This document shows positions 38,155-51,238 of a stretch of DNA of 64,000 nt, piece after piece. The stretch comes from Lingula anatina. Lineage: Eukaryota; Animalia; Brachiopoda. Under the pieces are notes generated by a model that searched no databases, was not told the DNA's origin, and was given only the letters and a program-made list of their open reading frames with translations. A program made the translations under genes and the position numbers. Every line of letters starts with the position of its first letter. The first letter of the stretch is position 1. The stretch is taken from NCBI GenBank assembly GCA_051362555.1, contig CM120645.1, forward strand, positions 6,944,001 to 7,008,000, in the 5' to 3' direction.

Positions 38155-38226
38155 GTTTTTATACCGCTGGGCGCTAGTATCTGAGCATGACGTCATCACT
38201 CAACAGACTGTCGAGGAGGGGCGGGT
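38155..38226 (-). promoter_or_regulatory. Alpha-tubulin core promoter (TATA, CRE, GC box)
   Basis: Minus-strand TATAAAA at ~38157-38163, palindromic TGACGTCA at 38188-38195 and GGGGCGGG at ~38218, all upstream of the ATG exon. Confidence 0.7.
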
Positions 38227-39928
38227 CATCGGTGAAGATTAACATACAAAAGTATACGGGACGTTTATCTTTTATTTGATAAGTGGTTATGCATTGTGCA
38301 GCAGAAAAAAGATGCATATGGATTTCAGGCCAAGGTTTTGATTGATTTATCATCAATAACTCACACAGCTGAAAATATGTCCTTGTGCATATTTTTATTG
38401 CCAGAATTGATGGAAGTAGAAAACACAGGAAGAAAGGTGAAATCTGTGAAATGGGAGCACAGGCGTGCGCTTAAGGACAAAGACGCGCTCATTAATGTTG
38501 TACATTCTCATATGCGAGCGTGTCTGCTTGCATGTAAGTGTGAAGGTTTCTGTGTGCGTGCTATCACGCGTGTTGTAGGACTTCGTACAGGCTGTTACAC
38601 GGAGGATGACACAGTCTAAAATAATAGTCTTGTTTCAATATTGTGAGATAGATGAAAACGATAAGATTGCATAGAATGCCATTGTAAACGTAAACAAAAA
38701 TACAGAGCTTTGTTTATTGAATGATAGAGAACGCAGCAAATTAATTCATAATTGGGAGACAGAATCATGAGTGCACTCGCACTACCACGCACACACAGAT
38801 ATAAACACACGCACACTCACGAAGAGAGAGAGAATCAAATGGCCTGAAGACTGAAGCATCTACTGTCTAATTAATATTATAAACGCGGGGACTTAATCAT
38901 GACCCGTCCTAAGTTCAAAATAGTTGTTATCTTATTTATACATGTACCTATTTCGCTGCAATTGTTAATAAATAAACACAAGCCGCCAATAATAGTCCTT
39001 TATCAAACAGATAGCGTATAATAGTATTGTATATTTTATCAAAAGATACGACGTACAAGTAATCCCATGCATGTATATTTTTCTGTTTTCCTATGTGTCT
39101 GCCCGTCCCGTCTTCTTGTCTGTCTGTCTACCAATCTGTCTAATTGCACATCTGTCTATCTGTCCGGTTGTATAAGACGTTTGCTTGTTTTCTGGCCTGC
39201 TTATCTGACTTTGTGGTTGAGTATCTTTGATGTCTAGTATTTATTTTTAGTATTGGTCCCTTTGTTCTCATATGATCTATATAGAAATGCAAGCTTAAGA
39301 AAAGACTGGTAAAGACCACCTTCCTAGAGCAACCGAAATGAATATGTTAGATACGCTCTGCATTTTGCGGATAATTGGTGCGCTTGGTATGACTAGTTCA
39401 ATGTATTTTCAATCACTTACCGTTAACCGTCACGATCAGTTACTCATAAACAAACAGACCGCGTTCAGAACGGTTTTTGGTTAAGCGAAATGTTAGGTCG
39501 GACTTCATTAATTACACGATTGATCACGTACCCCCCCCCCCCCCCCCCCCCCGTAAATCGGCTGTACACCCGAGTCAGGCCGAGATGAGCTATGATAGGA
39601 TTCACCAAAGGGGAACAAAGTGAGGGGGACTCTAGCTTCTTCTTAGTGAAATTTAAACTAAAACGGTATTTCCTAAATTCGCTTTGAATCCGACCTACCC
39701 GGCGTTACTCACCATTATATGCAGATAACATTGCAGCACCATCCATATACAACAATACAGAGGTGAGTTCACACGCGCAAAAATGAAGGGTTCTGAAACG
39801 TCTTATTCATATGTACTTTATCGTAGCCAGGTAGCATCCAGCCAAGCAGTAACCCACCTGATTGAACAGAATGTACAGTTCTAATGGTTATGAGGCGCTG
39901 AGCTGTGAAATCATTAGTAGTTGTCTAA

Positions 39929-40361
39929 GGCTCTGTTCTCACAACTTTTAGATCGATCTATCACCGCGGGGAGTCTCACTAGATTACTGTCAGATAATCC
40001 CCCTTAAGTGTCCGTCCCCGCCTACTACAAGCTTTAAGGGGTATTTAACTTTCGTGTCCGCCCGGCTGACAGCTATTTAGCGTGAACCCCCAGGGAGTTA
40101 GGTCGATCCAATGTAGGTCGATCTAATCTATGAGAATGGGGTGTAAGGCTCTGTTCTCACAACTTTTAGATCGATCTATCACCGCGGGGAGTCTCACTAG
40201 ATTACTGTCAGATAATCCCCCTTAAGTGTCCGTCCCCGCCTACTACAAGCTTTAAGGGGTAATTAACTTTCGTGTCCGCCCGGCTGACAGCTATTTAGCG
40301 TGAACCCCCAGGGAGTTAGGTCGATCCAATGTAGGTCGATCTAATCTATGAGAATGGGGTG
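39929..40361. mobile_element. Tandem dimer of a 215-bp Harbinger/Tourist-like MITE
   Basis: Structure TAA-[39929-40143]-TAA-[40147-40361]-TAA. Imperfect TIRs with a ttctca...ttagatcga core. One substitution seen between copies. Confidence 0.85.
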
Positions 40362-40972
40362 TAATTCTACTGTGTAACGTAATATAGAATGCGTTTATTT
40401 TTGCTTTCGTGAACGCATCTCTTTACATCACATTATCAACAGCGGTAATTTCTGTCAGAGATGAGTCATATCAGTGCTAATATATATAGGGTTGTTCTCA
40501 TTACACCATCATTACGGCTTCCTTGCCTGATACGCCTAAAGATAATTTTCAAGGATCTGAACGAGCATTGTCCAAGATGGCTGATCTTTTCTGTTTAATT
40601 ATTCACAACTTAAGCTGTTTATTTTCATGAAAAGGGGTCTGCGAAATTTCACTCATATTACATGACCTTGTAAACGATGGGAAGTTTCAGAGAGCACTCA
40701 TGACTCGGCAAAGGCATTTGTACAGTATGAATCTTATAGAAAAATAAATATAGATATAGTAATAATACTGTATATTGAAGCTGATGGTTTTAGCTCGTGG
40801 TGTACTCGGTACAATGTCGGATCAATAATGTAGGTTATTTAAGGAATTTTATTTATGTATTTATCATCAAGCCTTAGATGTATTGGTGGATATTAAATAA
40901 AACAATACGTCTTTTGATAAAGCAAGACATCACATTCAGAATATTTAGGTGATAACCTAAAGCGACAAATAG

Positions 40973-41046
40973 GGCCTGATAGCTCAGTCGGTTAGAGCGT
41001 CGTGCTAATAACGCGAATGTCCTGGGTTCGAGCCCCAGTCGGGCCA
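40973..41046 (+). tRNA. tRNA-Ile(AAT)
   Basis: 74 nt with acceptor stem GGCCTGA/TCGGGCC, D arm AGCTCAGTCGGTTAGAGC, anticodon arm TCGTG-CTAATAA-CGCGA, T arm CTGGG-TTCGAGC-CCCAG and a downstream oligo-T terminator. Confidence 0.92.
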
Positions 41047-42080
41047 GTGCGTCTTTTTATTTTTACTCATATGCAGACTGAAAAATAAATTGCTTTAGAT
41101 AGTGTGTTGTCCAGTTAGATAATCCACAATATAATATAAGTAATGATATGCAAACGACGAACAACGAATACAAACTAGGTAAACCTTTCTGACGAGGCGC
41201 ACAAGTACCGTGTCTAAATGGTGTGGCACTCATACTTTGTACTCTACTTTAGAAGTCACTGATATCAGAGGGAACGAAAACCACGTGCGTAGATGGGCAT
41301 ATTAGAAAAAAAAATTATAGGCATTATGTACCAGCATAAGAAAATAGATTTTACAACTCTAAATAAAAGACATATTACAGACCATGGGCCATTTTATTGC
41401 TGATGACGAAACTCTTGTCTGCCATTTTGAAAATCGTCATTTTACCGAGCTACATGGTTGATGTGAAAAAAAGTTGTCACATATGTGTTAAGCATCAATT
41501 TCTACCATAAAAATACCTGTCAAAACATTTGAGATTCGACCAACCTTGTTAAATATATGCGTTTCCAAACCTATTTTTCCCTTAAAACACCCGTTCCCGT
41601 AGAGTTTACCAAAAAGTTATTATTTACCTAGCTTAACTACTATCTAAAACATGCAATTTAGGAGTTTTTATCTTATCCCGACCGTAACCTTAGCGCTTTG
41701 GCGATCACTTAATTGCACACCACACTCAGCTACGATCTTTATCTTAGCAAGCAAAGAGTTTTTTTGTTAGCAGAAAGTCAAGCACAATAATTACTCTACC
41801 GAGCCGGGCAGGGTACTATTGTTCAAATGAACGGAACACCGTACGGACGACAATGTTATTTTTTCATTCCTACCTCGAAAGGGCGCAAGGACAACCTGCA
41901 GGGTAAGTAAGCTTACGGCGTAATAACTGGGTTGAAATGGTGACAGCCAAAGCACTATACGTTTATACTTGTACATGGTCCGTGTAAGGGTAACATTTTA
42001 AAGGGTGGTTCTGGTACTTTGCTTGAGAATAGCTGCAGTAAAATGTATCAAACCAAAGTGCATGTACGTCAATAAGAGCA

Positions 42081-43104
42081 ATGGATAGTTACAAAACATC
42101 CCGCTGTGTCCGGAAAGGGCTGTTGCTTTTAACATTGATTGTATTGCTGGCTTGGGTTTGCTATACGATTTTATTACAAGCATCGTTAACAAGTAAACAG
42201 CAAGTTATCGACAGCAGTTTGGAAATCGGAATCAATGAGTTTAAAAACTCCACATGCATGCTAGAAGTGCCTGTATGCACCTTCATAAAGCAGACACGTA
42301 AAGGATATCTATCTCTGGTATCACATAAAAAGATATGACTACGTTATCAACGAGCCATGTGACCACGCCAACGGGCCATATTTATTAGTCCTGGTTATTT
42401 CTGATCCCAGAAATTTCAAGGCAAGATGGACGATTCGTGAAACAACTGGAACAGTCAAGTCATATGACGGGAAACGCATAAGAACCGTTTTCATTGTAGG
42501 CCACACTGAGAATGCCTCTATAGATTCATACAAGAATTATACACTCAAGGCTCTTCTTGCTTTTCGATGGACCATAGAGCACTGCGCTAATGTGAGTTAT
42601 GTCTTGCGATGTGGCCATGATATCACGGCACATTACAAAGAAATTGTGCAATACGTAAGTGAACTTCCTTCAAATTTGGCATCAAACCTTTTTGCCGGCA
42701 AACTTATTCGAAAAGGAACACCCGTGTTTCGTGACCCTCACGGCAAATGGTACCAGTCACGGGAAGAGTTCAGCCAAGACACATATCCTGCATATATTTT
42801 AGGTTTTGCGTCACTCTTTTCATTTGACGTCATTCGTCGTATTCACTATGCCTCGCTTTGGAAACATCTTTTCATGGAGGACATTTTTACGTCATCTTTA
42901 GCAACGGAAAATAATATTACACTTACACACAATCCGAATTTTTGGCAATATGGCTCTGACAAATTACTGGAAAGAGAATGCTGTTTGCTCAGCTCTTTGG
43001 CTATTCACCGAGCACCAAATTTCCGAGTCTGGAGTGCTTTGAATGGGAATCGGAGTAAAACAGAGGCATGTGGAAGGCAGGGATGCTTTGTTACCCCAAA
43101 ATAA
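42081..43104 (+). pseudogene. Intronless beta-1,3-galactosyltransferase-like (GT31) gene, frameshifted and degenerate
   Basis: A type II TM anchor ORF (42081-42338) shifts frame near 42326-42331 into YDYVINEPC...ARWTIRETTG...TVFIVG...IDSYKNYTLK...GKWY...YPAY...EDIF. The DxD position reads RCGHD, and the segment between the VFIVG and DSY motifs is short. Confidence 0.7.
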
Positions 43105-43952
43105 CAAGGCACTCGGCGAAAAAGACTAAGAAAAAGACCATCTGAACCAAATGTCTGATATAGTCGATTGAAAATGTTAGCAACGAAAAATGGTAGGCAA
43201 AAATATATTGTAAGGCGGTTCGGAGTTCGAATTATACCTGTAAAATCAATGTTCAAAGGAAAATTATGACAAAGACTAAAGGATTGGCATCACAGAAAAT
43301 GTAACAGAAGCATTAAAGAGGCCGTTCACTAGTTTCTGAAATCGCCATTTGTCCAACATCACTTGAAGTGATACATAATGCTGAGCCTTAAGCATATTAC
43401 CAAAAAATAATAAAAAATGGGTGCTATTCTGTCATCATAGCAAGGGCTTGTAAAATATGCATAAGGTTTTATACGAGTTATGTAAATGTTATGAGTGATT
43501 AATTTAAGCTTAATGAATCGATGTCAATGATATCTAAATCCTTTCGTTATGTGATTTTTCTTTGTGCTAATTCTTTTTTGCGTTATCTAATGTGTTATCG
43601 GATGTGACTTCATTGCTATCCAGTAGCCCTTTTGTAAATCTACAAAACAGGCCGATATATAATGAGTCCGAGGCTTAAAAATGCTTTTCACTCGGTACTT
43701 TTATGAAAAAAATATAAAGAGCAGTGTTGGATGGAGAGGGGGTGGGGTTGGGGTGGGTAGGCCTATGTGTGTGTGTGGGGGGGGGGGGGGGCACATGTCC
43801 GTTAGACCTGTTATTGAAAGATATCATGCACTTTTACTTCATAATATGTTACTAAATTTGTTCTACGCTCCCGATGCGCCCTCGGCCCAGAGCATCCCAC
43901 ACACTCTGTTCAAAGTACAACACAATACGCATAACGCGCAGTGCTTAAATAA

Positions 43953-46900
43953 TAGTCCAGGAAATTGGTGAAAAATTGTGCATTTTTTACCTACAAGCAT
44001 GAAATTTGGCACACTTATGGACAATGAAATTCTAAGCAAATTTGGATATATGGGCATGTCTGAAAATTCCAAAATGGCCGTCAAATCCAATATGGCCACC
44101 AAAATACCTTTTCAAATTAAAACTTCAAGTACATAGTCTTCTGATGACTTAAAATATCATATAAAGGTTAGAAACACCATGGTATGAATCCTTCAGGTGT
44201 ATTAAATCCAAAATGGCCGCCAAAAGTAAAAAAGCAGACCATTTATTTAAGATATCCATTTGAATGGGGAATTCATCAAACACTTAAATCTACAAGCATA
44301 AAATTTGGCAGGTTTGTGGAAAATGAAATTCTGAGCAAGTTTGGATGTATAGGCATATCCGAAAATTTAAAAATTGCCTTCAAATCCAAGATGGCCTCCA
44401 AAAATACGACTTCTAATTAAAACTTCAAGTATATGTTCTTTTAAGGGCGTAAATATCATACAAAGGTTAAAAAACACCACGGTATGAATTCAGAATCAAT
44501 ATTTGCTTTTTTAGGTGTATTAAATCCAAAATGGCCAACAATAGTAAAAAGCACTCTACTAATCCAAGATATCCAGCAGAGTGGTTAATTCATCAAAAAC
44601 TACAAGCATGGCATTTGGTACAGTTGTAAAACAGGATTCCAAGCACTTTTGGATGTATGAGCATGTCTAAAAATTTCAATATATGGTCCCCAAATCCAAT
44701 ATAGCCAACACAAATACCCGTTCAAATTAAAACTTCAAGTATATATAATCCTATAATAACTTAAGATAACATTTTATGGTTAGACAAGACTATGATATGC
44801 ATGAAGTATCAATATTTGATTCTTTAAGTGTATAGAAATCTAAAATGGCCTCCAAAAATAAGAAAAACAGGCCACTCACAGCAGCAGTATGGTGAATTCA
44901 TCATGCACTTAAAACTACAAGCATGAAAATTGGCTCAATTGTACAGAACAGGATTCTAAGCAATTTTTTATATAGGGACATGTCTGAATATTCTAATATG
45001 GCCACTAAAACCCTTTTAAAGTAAAAAAAAACTACTATATAATCTGACTGACAACAGTCTTTACTCTTTTTTGGTTTTTCACTCCTTTAGTTACATTTAG
45101 ACCCAAATGACCATAAAAAAATGGAACAGGACTCCTTTTGGTCTAGTTGTGACACCACATGCAGCAATTCTATAAATGTCAAGGATATGAAAATGTCAAG
45201 GTATTTTCACAAATAAGTTTCAAATTAACGAAAGTTATTTTATCAAGTAAGTGTTGCACATTTTATGGGCGGTCAACCTTTTACTTTAGTAAATAGACAA
45301 TATCTCAACAGAGGATACCAGCTAGCTACACCGAAATTTCTACTTATTTGGTTAAATAATTTTCATTCATTAATGTGTGCCTAGCTTTACTAGTAGTTGT
45401 GTTTCCCTCAGCTTTCCCAGTATTTCCTTAAAGCTATAGCTTCTACATGTAATCCACTTTCCCCAACAAAATACCAAGAGGCATTGGTCGTTTCTAACAC
45501 CAGAAAGCATCAGTTTACATGCATGAGGGTCAATAAGAATAAGAAAGTGTGGTAGGGCATAGTAGTAGATGTAGGTTACTAGTGTGAACCCTTATAGGAC
45601 CAGTCTTCCAATGCTTCTGACTCCCCTCACCACAGTTAGCAACTGCACACATAACTACAAACAGATGTGGTAGGAGCTACCTGGTAGATTTTGTTAGCTG
45701 GGTAAGTGAATACTCCTCATGGCTTCATTCTGGATTGTCCCACAGAGACAATGATGCCGGAAATATCATGAATTTTTACCTTTCAAAGTCCATATTGCAC
45801 TAATTTCTTGGTGTAATCCTCAGAATACACCGTTTTTTTGAAGTTTTGTATGTATTAAATGTCTGGAGGATTTTAATTCTTTTATTTTCATGTTCAGTTT
45901 TTTTAAAAGAATAAGTTTGTAACTAAACAAGTTGCCAAATGATCAAATGAAAACCAAAGTTTGACGCCTATCAGTGCTTCATTTTTAGTGCACGAAGTGT
46001 GAAGCCTGCAATGCAACTCTAGGATACAGCACGTATCAACACCTGCCCTCTGTTTGGGGTACAGGTATTTCTTTGCTCATAAATTTTCACTAAATTCTCG
46101 GTAGCCATTACTGCGAATGTACTAAAGCCAATTTTTTTTAAATAAGAAGCTTTTCTAATTTACTTTTGAAGCACAAGATAACATCATATCATTATCAAGT
46201 GCAAATGTGCCCCACTTTTAGTACTTTACCAATGAAAAACACCAAATTGTGAGACCTGTATGTTTGATTAGCTGTCATTTTTGTTATATTTATGAGCATT
46301 TGATGAAGCGCCATGCACTGATCTAGCTGAAGAATCATAACCAACAGACAAAATTGGTACACCCCAAGTTTTTTATATTTGCCTCTTTAAGGCTAAGTTA
46401 TTCTGGTGTTTCTTTCACATTTTATGAATTTTGCACGATACTTTTTTTCTTAGAAAGGGGGAGTCACTCATGAGTGCCATATAAGAAGATTGCTAACTGG
46501 GAATTGATCTAAATAAGAATCCAGAGCAAAAAGTCAAAGTACTTATATTGGTTTATCAAAAGAAGGACTGTTTTCAGTACATAATAAATGTATCATGCTT
46601 GATGGTTTTTAAAAAACTCTGTAGAATTGCTCCTGCACAGGTAGGAATATGCTGATTATACAGGTAGTTTGCAATGCCCACATGCCTATTCACGAGTGAT
46701 TACAATTCAATAGTTGTGGTCTGCTGACTTTTGGAGGCCATTTTGGAATTTTAAAACCTTAAGTGGCAAATACTGATACTTCATACATACAATGGTATTT
46801 TCTTACCATTAAATGATATTTTTATAAAAGACTATACAAATAACTTTCACCTTGAAAGGGTATTTTGGGTGCAATATTGAAATTGGCTGCCATATTGGAA

Positions 46901-47346
46901 TTTTCAGACATGCCCCTATATCCAAAGTTGCTTAGAATCATGTTCTACATAACTGTGCCAATTTTTATGCTTGTAATTGTAAGTGCTTGATGATTTTACA
47001 AAACTGCTGCATATTTTGCGTAAGTAAACTGCTTATTTTACTTTTGGAGGCCATTTTGGAATTCTATACACCTGTAGAAGCGGATATTGATAATTCATTC
47101 ATAGCATGATATTTTCCAGCTATAAAATGATATTTTAAACCATTTTAGGACTATATATTAGATGTTTTAATTTAAAAGAGTATTTGTGGCGGCCATATTG
47201 GATTTGGCGGCCATACTGGAATTTTCAGACATGCCCATATATCCAAAAAAGCTTAGAATTCCATTATCTACAACTGTGGCAAATTTCATGCTTGTAGGTA
47301 AAAAACGCACAATTCACCCTTTTTTCTGCACCAATTTCTTGGACTA
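43953..47346 (+). mobile_element. Non-autonomous long-TIR DNA transposon (Academ-like TAG...CTA termini), copy 1
   Basis: Termini TAGTCCAGGAAATTGGTG and CACCAATTTCTTGGACTA. About four ~300-bp subterminal repeats on the left and inverted copies on the right. No long ORF. Superfamily is inferred from termini and the flanking TAA. Confidence 0.8.
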
Positions 47347-50300
47347 GTCCAGGAAATTGGTGAAAAATTGTGCATTTTTTACCTACAAGCATGAAATTTG
47401 GCACACTTATGGACAATGAAATTCTAAGCAAATTTGGATATATGGGCATGTCTGAAAATTCCAAAATGGCCGTCAAATCCAATATGGCCACCAAAATACC
47501 TTTTCAAATTAAAACTTCAAGTACATAGTCTTCTGATGACTTAAAATATCATATAAAGGTTAGAAACACCATGGTATGAATCCTTCAGGTGTATTAAATC
47601 CAAAATGGCCGCCAAAAGTAAAAAAGCAGACCATTTATTTAAGATATCCATTTGAATGGGGAATTCATCAAACACTTAAATCTACAAGCATAAAATTTGG
47701 CAGGTTTGTGGAAAATGAAATTCTGAGCAAGTTTGGATGTATAGGCATATCCGAAAATTTAAAAATTGCCTTCAAATCCAAGATGGCCTCCAAAAATACG
47801 ACTTCTAATTAAAACTTCAAGTATATGTTCTTTTAAGGGCGTAAATATCATACAAAGGTTAAAAAACACCACGGTATGAATTCAGAATCAATATTTGCTT
47901 TTTTAGGTGTATTAAATCCAAAATGGCCAACAATAGTAAAAAGCACTCTACTAATCCAAGATATCCAGCAGAGTGGTTAATTCATCAAAAACTACAAGCA
48001 TGGCATTTGGTACAGTTGTAAAACAGGATTCCAAGCACTTTTGGATGTATGAGCATGTCTAAAAATTTCAATATATGGTCCCCAAATCCAATATAGCCAA
48101 CACAAATACCCGTTCAAATTAAAACTTCAAGTATATATAATCCTATAATAACTTAAGATAACATTTTATGGTTAGACAAGACTATGATATGCATGAAGTA
48201 TCAATATTTGATTCTTTAAGTGTATAGAAATCTAAAATGGCCTCCAAAAATAAGAAAAACAGGCCACTCACAGCAGCAGTATGGTGAATTCATCATGCAC
48301 TTAAAACTACAAGCATGAAAATTGGCTCAATTGTACAGAACAGGATTCTAAGCAATTTTTTATATAGGGACATGTCTGAATATTCTAATATGGCCACTAA
48401 AACCCTTTTAAAGTAAAAAAAAACTACTATATAATCTGACTGACAACAGTCTTTACTCTTTTTTGGTTTTTCACTCCTTTAGTTACATTTAGACCCAAAT
48501 GACCATAAAAAAATGGAACAGGACTCCTTTTGGTCTAGTTGTGACACCACATGCAGCAATTCTATAAATGTCAAGGATATGAAAATGTCAAGGTATTTTC
48601 ACAAATAAGTTTCAAATTAACGAAAGTTATTTTATCAAGTAAGTGTTGCACATTTTATGGGCGGTCAACCTTTTACTTTAGTAAATAGACAATATCTCAA
48701 CAGAGGATACCAGCTAGCTACACCGAAATTTCTACTTATTTGGTTAAATAATTTTCATTCATTAATGTGTGCCTAGCTTTACTAGTAGTTGTGTTTCCCT
48801 CAGCTTTCCCAGTATTTCCTTAAAGCTATAGCTTCTACATGTAATCCACTTTCCCCAACAAAATACCAAGAGGCATTGGTCGTTTCTAACACCAGAAAGC
48901 ATCAGTTTACATGCATGAGGGTCAATAAGAATAAGAAAGTGTGGTAGGGCATAGTAGTAGATGTAGGTTACTAGTGTGAACCCTTATAGGACCAGTCTTC
49001 CAATGCTTCTGACTCCCCTCACCACAGTTAGCAACTGCACACATAACTACAAACAGATGTGGTAGGAGCTACCTGGTAGATTTTGTTAGCTGGGTAAGTG
49101 AATACTCCTCATGGCTTCATTCTGGATTGTCCCACAGAGACAATGATGCCGGAAATATCATGAATTTTTACCTTTCAAAGTCCATATTGCACTAATTTCT
49201 TGGTGTAATCCTCAGAATACACCGTTTTTTTGAAGTTTTGTATGTATTAAATGTCTGGAGGATTTTAATTCTTTTATTTTCATGTTCAGTTTTTTTAAAA
49301 GAATAAGTTTGTAACTAAACAAGTTGCCAAATGATCAAATGAAAACCAAAGTTTGACGCCTATCAGTGCTTCATTTTTAGTGCACGAAGTGTGAAGCCTG
49401 CAATGCAACTCTAGGATACAGCACGTATCAACACCTGCCCTCTGTTTGGGGTACAGGTATTTCTTTGCTCATAAATTTTCACTAAATTCTCGGTAGCCAT
49501 TACTGCGAATGTACTAAAGCCAATTTTTTTTAAATAAGAAGCTTTTCTAATTTACTTTTGAAGCACAAGATAACATCATATCATTATCAAGTGCAAATGT
49601 GCCCCACTTTTAGTACTTTACCAATGAAAAACACCAAATTGTGAGACCTGTATGTTTGATTAGCTGTCATTTTTGTTATATTTATGAGCATTTGATGAAG
49701 CGCCATGCACTGATCTAGCTGAAGAATCATAACCAACAGACAAAATTGGTACACCCCAAGTTTTTTATATTTGCCTCTTTAAGGCTAAGTTATTCTGGTG
49801 TTTCTTTCACATTTTATGAATTTTGCACGATACTTTTTTTCTTAGAAAGGGGGAGTCACTCATGAGTGCCATATAAGAAGATTGCTAACTGGGAATTGAT
49901 CTAAATAAGAATCCAGAGCAAAAAGTCAAAGTACTTATATTGGTTTATCAAAAGAAGGACTGTTTTCAGTACATAATAAATGTATCATGCTTGATGGTTT
50001 TTAAAAAACTCTGTAGAATTGCTCCTGCACAGGTAGGAATATGCTGATTATACAGGTAGTTTGCAATGCCCACATGCCTATTCACGAGTGATTACAATTC
50101 AATAGTTGTGGTCTGCTGACTTTTGGAGGCCATTTTGGAATTTTAAAACCTTAAGTGGCAAATACTGATACTTCATACATACAATGGTATTTTCTTACCA
50201 TTAAATGATATTTTTATAAAAGACTATACAAATAACTTTCACCTTGAAAGGGTATTTTGGGTGCAATATTGAAATTGGCTGCCATATTGGAATTTTCAGA

Positions 50301-50738
50301 CATGCCCCTATATCCAAAGTTGCTTAGAATCATGTTCTACATAACTGTGCCAATTTTTATGCTTGTAATTGTAAGTGCTTGATGATTTTACAAAACTGCT
50401 GCATATTTTGCGTAAGTAAACTGCTTATTTTACTTTTGGAGGCCATTTTGGAATTCTATACACCTGTAGAAGCGGATATTGATAATTCATTCATAGCATG
50501 ATATTTTCCAGCTATAAAATGATATTTTAAACCATTTTAGGACTATATATTAGATGTTTTAATTTAAAAGAGTATTTGTGGCGGCCATATTGGATTTGGC
50601 GGCCATACTGGAATTTTCAGACATGCCCATATATCCAAAAAAGCTTAGAATTCCATTATCTACAACTGTGGCAAATTTCATGCTTGTAGGTAAAAAACGC
50701 ACAATTCACCCTTTTTTCTGCACCAATTTCTTGGACTA
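47345..50738 (+). mobile_element. Same element, copy 2 (direct tandem, period 3392 bp)
   Basis: No differences from copy 1 seen by eye. Shares the TA at 47345-47346 with copy 1 and is followed by TAA at 50739-50741. Confidence 0.85.
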
Positions 50739-50987
50739 TAACATGTTTATTTCTCACATAGTCTGCATGAAGAAGTGCAGTCAACTTGCCTAACTGTTGT
50801 TAGAACATCATATTCTACGAGCCCTGGGGTCACAAATCTGGCAAATCGTGAAAGGACAGCCGGTCTTGATGAAATTAAGATTATAATTCTGTCCCGATCT
50901 TCAGACAGATAACGCCTTAATGGGCCTCGTGATCTTAGCAGCGTGCAGAGTCAAAACCGCAAATACCACAAAAACAGGACAAACTAT

Positions 50988-51238
50988 GGGCTCGTTCCCA
51001 ATGGAACTATCGCTCTCCGTAGATCGATCTAACTCCGTGGGGACTCTCGCTGAATGCGATCGGGTTACTGTAGCAGATAAGCACACCTCCTCTTGTTTCC
51101 AACAGCTTTTCTGTATTCTATTCAACCTCAAGAGGAGGTGTGTTAATATGTTAACCTGACTTCATTTAGCGACAGATCCCGTGGAGTTGGATCGATCTAC
51201 ACTGTCTGTAGAAAGATAGTTCCATTGGGAATGAGCCC
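50988..51238. mobile_element. MITE with long TIRs, related to the 39929 family
   Basis: gggctcgttcccaatggaactatc...tagatcgatctaactcc is mirrored by ggagttggatcgatcta...gatagttccattgggaatgagccc. TSD is not clean. Confidence 0.75.

Noticed and set aside
43863-44420. Duplicated short ORFs (MVAILDLTAIL..., MNPSGVLNPK...)
   Set aside because: Chance ORFs within the subterminal repeats of the duplicated element.
45050-46700. Transposase remnants inside the 3.39-kb element
   Set aside because: No long ORF and no motif recognisable by eye. A translated search against Academ, EnSpm and Tc1 transposases is needed.
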